A stretch of DNA of 14,561 bases from an uncultured Myxococcales bacterium (lineage in GTDB: Bacteria > Myxococcota > UBA4151), in assembly GCA_964013405.1 (NCBI GenBank), contig CAXGWI010000090.1, positions 1-14,561 on the forward strand. Reading direction: 5' to 3'. Position 1 is the stretch's first letter. The number at the start of each line of letters is the position of its first letter. This document shows, in pieces, positions 1-7,476 of this stretch. The translations under genes were made by a program, and so were the position numbers. The notes below the pieces were generated by a model, which saw only the letters and a list, made by a program, of their open reading frames with translations, had not been told where the DNA came from and did not search any database.

Positions 1-27
1 CTCGACCTGGGACGACCGGGAAGCCCG

Positions 28-2952
28 GTGAGCGATCGTGACCTCGAGTGGCTATCGGTCGACGCATGGCTTGCGAAGCAAATCAGTGCTTTCGCAGGGG
101 CCGCGACGGCGGCGCCAGGGCCCGGGGCTGAATTGCTTTGTAAACTGCCAGAGGGGCGGGAGTTTAGGGCTAATGAAGCCCAACTTTGCCGGGCTGTCGT
201 CAGTGGTAAGTTACCGCGAGAAGCCCGGGTCGAAGCCGAGGATGGAGACTCCCTGACGCTGAGGGATTGGTTGGTCGCAGCCTATTCAAGGGCCCAGGCG
301 CCCGTGGCCACCGCAACGGATGGAGAGAGCCTGACGCCCAGTGCCCCGGCGGAAGCCCCCGAGCCGGCGGCGGCGGTCGCCGATCGCCCTGCGGCTCAAG
401 CCGTCTCTGCTGCCCCCAGCGGATGGCCGCCGACAGGCCCGCCGGTGGGGATCGATGCCCACGCATCCACGACGAGCGCCGGCTTCTTTTTAGAGACCGA
501 TGTGGGGCCCGGATCGGCCGAGGACCGAAGTCCGGTGATCCGGTCGCAGATCAACCGATGGGCCCGCTCGATCCCCAACCACAATATGCAAAATCTCGGT
601 GATGATGTGACCATCGACCAGGCGCGGCTCCTGCCGGCCTATGTGGTCGATGACACCACCTTGTATGAGCATCGTTATCTGACGGAGCCCTTTCGCCCCC
701 ATCCGCCCTATCAGGCCATCGCCCCGAAGACGGTCACCCGGGGCAACTACGATCTGTGGGAGCAACATTACGACCGGCCTAAAGGCTTTCTCGACAAGGA
801 TCATTCCCACGAGATCGATGGCAGTCACGAAGTCCGGACTTGTGGGCCCTGTAGCGGTACAGGCAAGGTGACCTGTCCCCCCTGTGCTGGCTCCGGTGAG
901 GTCAACTGCAGTTCCTGTTCCGGGCGGGGCAAGAATCGCTGTAGTCAATGTAACGGTCAGGCGAAGATTTCGAAATACAGCGATGGCAAACGCTACGAGG
1001 TGAGTTGTCCTAGCTGCCCCGACGGATGGGTGACCTGTAGCCCCTGTGGTGGCCGGGGGAAGGTCACCTGTCACAATTGTTCCGGGACCGGCCTTATCAC
1101 CTGCTCCCGTTGCACGGGCTACGGCGAAAATACCCACTATTTGCTGTTGAATGTGGAGTTCCGGGTGACGACACGGGTGGAGAGCCATATCCATCCCGAT
1201 TTGGCGCCGGATATCGCCCTCAATGGGGTCAACCCCCTGCCGCCCCAGGCGGCGGCGGGCAGCACTTCACTCGCATGGTGCCAGCGCTTTCACGACCTGC
1301 CCTTCGCAACCCAGCTAGCCATCCACAAAGAGGAGACCTACGGCGGCTGGCGCAAGCAGGCCAATCTCGCCATGGGCTGTGTGCAAACCGAGGTGATCGG
1401 TAGTCTCAGTGACCGCCTGGCACCCAACGAGATGCCCTATGGCTTACCCTTGAGTGTGGAGCCGGGAAAGCAAGCCCCTGGGGTGGAACGGCTCTATTCC
1501 ACCGATAATGAGAACTGGGTCGAGCATGACAAGATGTGGTGGCGCCGGGGCAAGGCCGGCTGGCTTTGGGAGTTCATCGCCGATGGGGGCTTCATTGGGC
1601 CCATGCTGGGCGCTGGCTTCTGCTTCTTTGTCGCGTACGCCTATATTCGGGATCCATACAATGATTGGACGGTGGGTAAGGGGGCGATTGTCGCCGGCTT
1701 GCTCGCCATGATCTTTGCCGTGATGAATCGGCTCTCAGGCCTCCGTCGGAGGGCCTTCGGTACTGCGTTTTATGCCTTCAAGATCTACGGTGTTCAGTTC
1801 AGTTGGAAGGAGGTTCTGATCTGGTTGTCCCGGAAAGGACCCTGCCCGCTGGTCCCGGAGTCAGGAACGGTCGAATCCTTGGTTGCGGTCTATCAGAGCC
1901 TCAAAAAGGATCGGGAAGCCGAGGGGAAATCCGATGACGAGGATTCGGCCCATCTTTCTTTCTCTCGGCTCCCAGAACTGAAGAAGCGCATGGAATCTAT
2001 GCGCTGCAGTGTGTCGGGCGAGAAGCCCACCGAAGCCGAGATCGATCAAGCCATGCTCTATGCCGGGACAGCCCAGTTGACGCGCTTCTCCGGTGTGGAG
2101 TGGATGCTGTCGAAGACCTGCGCCCATGGTATCAGTCTTTGTGAGGCCTTCGCTGAGAGTCTGGCTCGGGGCGAAGCTGCTGGCACCGACGAGCATTCGA
2201 CTGAGGCGGATCACCTGGACAAGGCCGAAGGGGTACACCGGCATCGGGCGGTGCGTGATGAGCCGGGGACCCTGACCCACCATCATCAAAATCTTGTGCT
2301 GGTTGGAGAGGAGATCGGTCAGGATGTGCCGATCCCCTTTGTTCGCCAGTCCATCCTCAATCTGACCGAGACATCCCACAAGGATAAGCGACTTCAGAGC
2401 AACGCAGGCAAAATCCACGAGCAGCGGTCCCGCGTGCATCGAGTGGCCGCCACTCAGGTAGAGACCCATCTCGATGACAGTCAGTTTGGTCTTTGGCTCT
2501 TTGGGGACGACGATCGGGTCTGGGCCGCCACCAGCCCGATCCATGAAGTGGCGAAAGCGTTTCTGGATGAGAGCCGAGCGCTCCATGGCAAAGGGGCCCA
2601 CGTCGCGGCCCTCGGACCTCTGATGAAATACATCGCCATGTTTCCCACCGATAAAGAGGGGGTCAACCTGCGTCAGGAGATCTTCGGGGTCTTCCAGAAG
2701 AATTTCCGGGTCGCAGCATTTTTGGGTTTCCTCGTCGGCGTCGTGACGATGGCGATCCTGAACCCGGAGGGGAGCTTCTGGCCCTGTGTGATCACTCTGC
2801 CCATGTGCTTTCTGATGGCCCAGCAGCGTTATCTCATGTTCATTCACCAGAAGATGCGCTCGGGTGGTCTGTTGTACCGGATCCTGATCGGCACTTTTGA
2901 ATGTGCCTTCATGACCATTCTTATCACTGCAATCCTTACAACTTGGGGCTGA
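28..2952 (+). CDS. Membrane protein with DnaJ-type CxxCxGxG zinc-finger repeats (SSUH2-like), no J-domain; true start may lie upstream of the window
   Basis: 974-aa ORF with eight CxxC motifs at 841-1125, flanked by SSUH2-like segments (DLW..PKGF..EVRTC before the motifs; KIHEQR..FGLWLFGDDDRVWAATSP at about 2407-2541). Two hydrophobic helices lie at about 1590-1730 and about three more at the C-terminus. The frame is open back to position 1, so the GTG at 28 is uncertain. Alternatively it forms a GTGA overlap with an upstream frame ending at 31. Confidence 0.8.
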   Translation: MSDRDLEWLSVDAWLAKQISAFAGAATAAPGPGAELLCKLPEGREFRANEAQLCRAVVSGKLPREARVEAEDGDSLTLRDWLVAAYSRAQAPVATATDGESLTPSAPAEAPEPAAAVADRPAAQAVSAAPSGWPPTGPPVGIDAHASTTSAGFFLETDVGPGSAEDRSPVIRSQINRWARSIPNHNMQNLGDDVTIDQARLLPAYVVDDTTLYEHRYLTEPFRPHPPYQAIAPKTVTRGNYDLWEQHYDRPKGFLDKDHSHEIDGSHEVRTCGPCSGTGKVTCPPCAGSGEVNCSSCSGRGKNRCSQCNGQAKISKYSDGKRYEVSCPSCPDGWVTCSPCGGRGKVTCHNCSGTGLITCSRCTGYGENTHYLLLNVEFRVTTRVESHIHPDLAPDIALNGVNPLPPQAAAGSTSLAWCQRFHDLPFATQLAIHKEETYGGWRKQANLAMGCVQTEVIGSLSDRLAPNEMPYGLPLSVEPGKQAPGVERLYSTDNENWVEHDKMWWRRGKAGWLWEFIADGGFIGPMLGAGFCFFVAYAYIRDPYNDWTVGKGAIVAGLLAMIFAVMNRLSGLRRRAFGTAFYAFKIYGVQFSWKEVLIWLSRKGPCPLVPESGTVESLVAVYQSLKKDREAEGKSDDEDSAHLSFSRLPELKKRMESMRCSVSGEKPTEAEIDQAMLYAGTAQLTRFSGVEWMLSKTCAHGISLCEAFAESLARGEAAGTDEHSTEADHLDKAEGVHRHRAVRDEPGTLTHHHQNLVLVGEEIGQDVPIPFVRQSILNLTETSHKDKRLQSNAGKIHEQRSRVHRVAATQVETHLDDSQFGLWLFGDDDRVWAATSPIHEVAKAFLDESRALHGKGAHVAALGPLMKYIAMFPTDKEGVNLRQEIFGVFQKNFRVAAFLGFLVGVVTMAILNPEGSFWPCVITLPMCFLMAQQRYLMFIHQKMRSGGLLYRILIGTFECAFMTILITAILTTWG
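841..1125 (+). repeat. Eight tandem CxxC(xGxG) zinc-binding motifs
   Basis: CGPCSGTG, CPPCAGSG, CSSCSGRG, CSQCNGQA, CPSCPDG, CSPCGGRG, CHNCSGTG and CSRCTGYG, read directly from the translation. Confidence 0.9.
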
Positions 2953-2961
2953 GGTGAAATC

Positions 2962-5733
2962 ATGACGATCGACGATGAACTCGCAGAGCTCGAAACCATG
3001 CACGAGTTCGGTGCCTTGTCCGATGCGGAGTATGCCGAAGCCAAAGCAGCACTGCTCGCCCGTGGGGAAGCCACTTCAGCACCGGCGGAAAGCGCAGCAT
3101 CAAGCCCGGTTGAGGCAGGCCCAGCAGGCGAGGCACCAACGGAGGGCATTGAAGCCCAGTTGGCCGAGTTGGAGACGATGCACGAGTTTGGTGCCTTGTC
3201 CGACGATGAGTTTGCCGCGGCGAAAGCGTCACTGACCCAGCCACCCGCTGCAGCGGAGTCGCCGGCGCCAGTTCCGGACCCGACGCCAGAGGTCGAGGGG
3301 CCGGTGGTTGGGGATGAACCCCCGCAGACCGAGCCGCCCGAGCCCACCGTCGCCTCCCTGCCGGAGCCCGAGGCAGGCGAGCCCGCCGCTGCACCCGATG
3401 ACAGTGTTGCAGCCGATGAAGCCCCTCCTGCGAAGGCCCAGCCCGAGCCAGCAGCCCCGGCCGCCGAGCCGGTGCCGGCATCAGCTCCTCTTCAGGAAGC
3501 TGGCTCGGGGCTCGAAGAGGGCTTAGAGCAGGTGGAAGAAGTTGCGGCGGGTGCGGCGAAGACTTTGGGCCTCGGCATCATCTTCGCGGCGATCATCGGC
3601 ATGATCCTTCTTGCCGGCACCATCATCCACATCGTGATGCCCCAATGGGAAGCCCAGATCCTCGCCTATTTTACCGGTCAGGGGGGCGAGGCCCAGCAAG
3701 CGATCCATTCGGTCCCCAGTGAGCCGGCCGGAGCCGCAGAGCCGAAGGTCGAAGCGGTCCCGGAGGTTGCCGAGGCGGAGCCCGAGGTCGAAGAGGAGCC
3801 GCCACCACCACTGTTCCAGGCCATACGCCCCATCGCGCCCGAGCAGGTCGGGACGAAGGGGCAGCGTATCCAGTCCTTCCAATTGGATGCAGCCTGCGCC
3901 CTCGATGACGAAGATGATCTCGCAGGGGCGGCCGGTGGTTCGAAAGCGGAACGGGCCGATGCGTGTTGGCTACGGGGTTATCGCTACGCCATGGGCATCG
4001 ACTCCTTGCCCAGTATGCAAATGGCCCGTCTGCATTATGACAAGGCCTGTGACTTGGGTCATGGCTTCTCCTGTGTTCTTGTCGCCCGTTACCTGGGGCT
4101 CGGGACCGCCCATTTGGCCAAAGACCCAGAGGAGAGCAAGCGGCGCCTCGAGGCCGCGTGCCAGCAGGACATTCCCGAGGCTTGTTATTTCCTGGCCGGT
4201 CGAAAGGGCTTGCCGGCCACGTACGAACGTCTGCAGCAGACCTTTGCCAAGCGTTGCGCTGAGTCCAGCGACTATGGCTTCGCCTGTTTGGTCGCGGCAA
4301 AGGTCATCCGTCGGCGCTGGGGCAACGAAGAGGCGGTTCCCGAAGAGGCCATGCGAGAGCATCTACGCCTGCTCTGGGAGTCCTGCCGACTGGGCCAGGG
4401 CAGCGCCTGTCGCAATCTCGCTGGCAAGACGGCAAAGCAGACCTTGCCTGAGCCTGTGCCCTTCGGCCTCACGGAAGCCCAACTACTTCGTCTCGGCTGC
4501 GCCTATGGTTCATCGGCGAGCTGCGGCGCCATCCTGAAGGCCGGTATTGTGGACTCAAGCCCGGATTTTCAGCGCCGAGGGTGTTTGTTGGGCAACGACG
4601 CCCTGTGCGCGAAGGTCTTAGGTAAACGCAAAGCGAAGACGACGATCGCCGTGATGATCCGCGAGGGTGAGGAGGGGGTGACCCCGCTTTGGGTCGACCG
4701 GAAGGAGACGAGCATCGCCCGGGCCCATTACCATCTGAAGAGCTATCAGGGCACCGAACGGCCAAAGAGTGAGTTGAAGGACTTGGATGCCCAACGGCGT
4801 CCAGCAACGCTTCTGCCCCATGAAGCTAAAGCCATTTGCGAAGCCCGGGAGGGGCGCTTGCTCCGGGCGACGGAATGGCAGGACCTTCGCCAGCAAGCGT
4901 CCTGGCTTGCGGTGACGACACCGGCCTCCGATGCGGTCGGCCGGACCTGTATGGCGAACGATCTGGTCTTTGGGCTGTGCGACTTCTTCAGTAACCATCC
5001 GGAATGGGTGATGGAGGAAGCTTCGAGCCGCCCAGTCCTCGCCGGTTGGCATCCCAGCGAGGATGTGGCTGCGGCTCTTGGCGCGACGAAGCCGGACGTG
5101 GCGGGCGAGTTGGCGGTGGCAGCTCGGGGTGGCAGCGGAGCCAGCACCCTCGACATGGGGCCGGGCCTGCGGAGCTACGAACGCTATTGTGTCGATCGGG
5201 CCAGCCCGGAGGATGGGGACTGCAGCGAGTCTTCCTTGGCCCAGATGAACGATTGCGTACGTAGTGCAGATGGCGATGCCTGTAGTGACGCCGATGTGGA
5301 CCGGATGATTTGGGCCGAATCTGGGGCCCGCTGTGCTTATCTCTTTGGTGCCGTGGCGCCGGCGCCGGGCATCGATGATGTGTTAACCGGGCTGAGCGCC
5401 GGCCCCGTCGCGATCGGCGGCCCACCCTCCGACATTCGCACATCCCATCCTTCGCCAATTCCGGGTTGGATCCTGTCACTGGGTGTTCGGGAAGAGAAAG
5501 CGGAAGCGATCCAGTTGGCCCAATCCTGGCGAGACAAGGGTATCGAGGCCGTCAACGTGCTCTGGATGGGTGACTTTCAAAGCCTCAGGCGGAAACAGTT
5601 TTGGCTGATTTATAAGGGCCCTTATGCCGACCCATCGACGGCCCGTACCGCCTTGGAGCAGGTGCGTTCCGTGTTTCCTCAGGCCTATGGATTGTTGCTC
5701 TCGAAGACAGCGGAGCGAACCCCGCTGGATTGA
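2962..5733 (+). CDS. Single-pass membrane protein: 2x SHOCT-like, Pro/Ala/Glu linker, TM, Cys-rich Sel1-like repeats, degenerate FGE-sulfatase-like domain, C-terminal SPOR-like domain
   Basis: GAGGTG RBS at 2951-2956 precedes the ATG. LAELETMHEFGALSD.E...AK occurs twice, and a TM segment lies at about 3565-3640. Sel1-like motifs include YDKACDLGHGFSC, ESCRLGQGSACRNLA and GCLLGNDALC. FGE-like motifs are EAKAICEAREGRL..TEW, FGLCDFFSNHPEW, RGGS and GARC. The SPOR-like end reads WILSLG..AIQLAQSW..IYKGPY..ARTALEQV..AY. Confidence 0.82.
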   Translation: MTIDDELAELETMHEFGALSDAEYAEAKAALLARGEATSAPAESAASSPVEAGPAGEAPTEGIEAQLAELETMHEFGALSDDEFAAAKASLTQPPAAAESPAPVPDPTPEVEGPVVGDEPPQTEPPEPTVASLPEPEAGEPAAAPDDSVAADEAPPAKAQPEPAAPAAEPVPASAPLQEAGSGLEEGLEQVEEVAAGAAKTLGLGIIFAAIIGMILLAGTIIHIVMPQWEAQILAYFTGQGGEAQQAIHSVPSEPAGAAEPKVEAVPEVAEAEPEVEEEPPPPLFQAIRPIAPEQVGTKGQRIQSFQLDAACALDDEDDLAGAAGGSKAERADACWLRGYRYAMGIDSLPSMQMARLHYDKACDLGHGFSCVLVARYLGLGTAHLAKDPEESKRRLEAACQQDIPEACYFLAGRKGLPATYERLQQTFAKRCAESSDYGFACLVAAKVIRRRWGNEEAVPEEAMREHLRLLWESCRLGQGSACRNLAGKTAKQTLPEPVPFGLTEAQLLRLGCAYGSSASCGAILKAGIVDSSPDFQRRGCLLGNDALCAKVLGKRKAKTTIAVMIREGEEGVTPLWVDRKETSIARAHYHLKSYQGTERPKSELKDLDAQRRPATLLPHEAKAICEAREGRLLRATEWQDLRQQASWLAVTTPASDAVGRTCMANDLVFGLCDFFSNHPEWVMEEASSRPVLAGWHPSEDVAAALGATKPDVAGELAVAARGGSGASTLDMGPGLRSYERYCVDRASPEDGDCSESSLAQMNDCVRSADGDACSDADVDRMIWAESGARCAYLFGAVAPAPGIDDVLTGLSAGPVAIGGPPSDIRTSHPSPIPGWILSLGVREEKAEAIQLAQSWRDKGIEAVNVLWMGDFQSLRRKQFWLIYKGPYADPSTARTALEQVRSVFPQAYGLLLSKTAERTPLD
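2977..3234 (+). repeat. Direct duplication of a SHOCT-like unit, 180-nt (60-aa) spacing
   Basis: atgcacgagtt(c/t)ggtgccttgtccga occurs at 2998 and 3178. The protein units are ELAELETMHEFGALSDAEYAEAKAAL and QLAELETMHEFGALSDDEFAAAKASL. Confidence 0.85.
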
Positions 5734-5777
5734 GACGTGCGTTGGCTACAGCCGGCCGATGATTGGAGCTTGCACCG

Positions 5778-7334
5778 GTGTTGATCAGACCTTTCGCCGC
5801 GATCCTTTTTTTGACCCTGAGCTGGAGCCAGCCGGCTGCAGCAACCGGTAAGCACGACGACAGCCATGGGAAGATCTTCGAAGTCCTGAAGGAGGTCGAC
5901 GGCTTACCAATCTGGATGGGGCTCTATATGCAGGGGCATAAAGTCGGCTATTTTACGAGCAACGTTGTCGACGAGCAGGCCTCCTCAGCGCCCACGGTCA
6001 CGATGACGACCAAAATGATCTTCGTGGTTCGTTCCGGAGACGAGGTAATCCGGCAGGAGACGACGGCTCGGGAGATCTTCGACCGAAGGCCCCCCTTTCG
6101 TCTCCGAAGCCTCACCGAGGAGACGATGCAAAAGGGGCAGGTCGAGCGATTACGAATACGCCGAGTCGACGGACCGACAGCCTATGTCGCAGAGATTATC
6201 CAGGGCGGTGAGTCGCGCACCGAGAAGCTGGAACTAGACTATCGTCTCGCCCACGCGTTCAGCCACGACTTGTGGCTACGTGGCCATCCCAAGCCCGGGG
6301 CGCGTCATCGAACCTATTCCTTCGATAGCAGCAAACTACGAATGGTCGAGGATGAACTGCGCTTCAAGCGTCGCGTCACCCAGATGGTTCAGGGCGTCAC
6401 GACGACCTACTCCGTCTACGATCACACCTTCGATCTGAAGAGCTCTGACAGGATGACCGGTGAAATGATGGTGTTGCCCGATGGCACGCCCCTGAAGCTC
6501 TCCATTGGCGGCTTGGTGGAGGGCCGCTTAGAGTACGAAGCGCTGGCGAAACAGCTGGACAAGCCGCAGGACCTTTTTGTCAACAACCTCGTTGCTGTGG
6601 ACGGACGGATTGGGGACCCCAGGTATGTCAGCCAATTGGTTCTAGAGGTGGATCAGGCCTTGGGTGCCCAGTTGGCTGACGGACCCGGGCAGCGGGTGTT
6701 GCCGCTGCCGGAGGGCCGGGGTTTTCGAGTCGAGCTCAACTCCAAGCACCGGCGTGATGTCCGGGTGAAAGCTTCGGAACGTCAAGAAGCGCTGGAAGCC
6801 ACGCTGATGATTCCAGCCAGGGATTCAAGAGTTATCGCCTTGGCAAAAGAAGCCGTCGGTGACGCACAAGGCCCTGAAGAGCAGGTGAAGCGCCTGGTGC
6901 GCTTCGTGTCCGACTACGTGGAGGACCACAGTTCAATCGAGCCCCTCACCGTGATGGATGTGATCGCAGGCAAGAAGGGGGATTGTACCGAGCATTCCAT
7001 GCTGTTTGCGGCTCTTGCCCGCGCCATCGGGATCCCCACTCGGGAGGTCTCGGGGCTCGTGTATGGTCAGAACATCGACGGCGCCCAGGCAGCTTTTGGG
7101 GGCCACGCCTGGAATGAGGTCGCCGTCGGCGGCTATTGGTGGCCCATCGATGCCACCTGGAATGAAACCGTCATTAATGCGACCCATATACGCTTCTCTA
7201 GCGCCAATGAGCTTGCCACGATGGCCCAGCTACCGAAGGCCAAGCTTCGCGTCATCAAGGTGGTGCCTGCAGCCCCGAAGCAGCCACTTCCAACGCAGGA
7301 TATCTGGGATGCGATCTTCAAAGAATTGGAGTGA
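5778..7334 (+). CDS. Secreted transglutaminase-like (Transglut_core) domain protein, putative cysteine protease or transglutaminase
   Basis: GDCTEH (Cys codon 6984), LARAIGIPTREVSGLVY, GHAWNEV (His 7104) and WWPIDAT (Asp 7149) form a complete triad. The N-terminus is signal-peptide-like (IRPFAAILFLTLSWSQPAAA). GGAG at 5765-5768 favours the GTG at 5778 over the track's TTG at 5763. Confidence 0.88.
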   Translation: MLIRPFAAILFLTLSWSQPAAATGKHDDSHGKIFEVLKEVDGLPIWMGLYMQGHKVGYFTSNVVDEQASSAPTVTMTTKMIFVVRSGDEVIRQETTAREIFDRRPPFRLRSLTEETMQKGQVERLRIRRVDGPTAYVAEIIQGGESRTEKLELDYRLAHAFSHDLWLRGHPKPGARHRTYSFDSSKLRMVEDELRFKRRVTQMVQGVTTTYSVYDHTFDLKSSDRMTGEMMVLPDGTPLKLSIGGLVEGRLEYEALAKQLDKPQDLFVNNLVAVDGRIGDPRYVSQLVLEVDQALGAQLADGPGQRVLPLPEGRGFRVELNSKHRRDVRVKASERQEALEATLMIPARDSRVIALAKEAVGDAQGPEEQVKRLVRFVSDYVEDHSSIEPLTVMDVIAGKKGDCTEHSMLFAALARAIGIPTREVSGLVYGQNIDGAQAAFGGHAWNEVAVGGYWWPIDATWNETVINATHIRFSSANELATMAQLPKAKLRVIKVVPAAPKQPLPTQDIWDAIFKELE

Positions 7335-7476
7335 GGCGAGCCCCTCTTCTCTTGGCCTCGAGGCTCGCTCATCCGTCCACCCTGGTGGCGGGATGGGCAG
7401 CCGGTCAAAAGGCAATGGCTCTCGTGAGGCGTTGGGCCTCTTGTCCCTTCCGCAGGGAGGCCGGTAACAAGCTTGG

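Noticed and set aside
28..2952. Calling the first gene dnaJ
   Set aside because: It has no J-domain or G/F region, eight rather than four CxxC motifs, and several TM helices. The HPD at about 1192 follows the Zn fingers and is not in a J-domain context.
1861..3003. 380-aa antisense ORF and the many other overlapping or alternative-frame ORFs in the track
   Set aside because: These are shadow ORFs expected in GC-rich coding DNA. They have no recognisable motifs and overlap better-supported genes.
4687..5340. FGE/CLec-fold domain as a diversity-generating retroelement target
   Set aside because: No reverse transcriptase or template-repeat copy is visible in the window, and the domain is internal rather than C-terminal.
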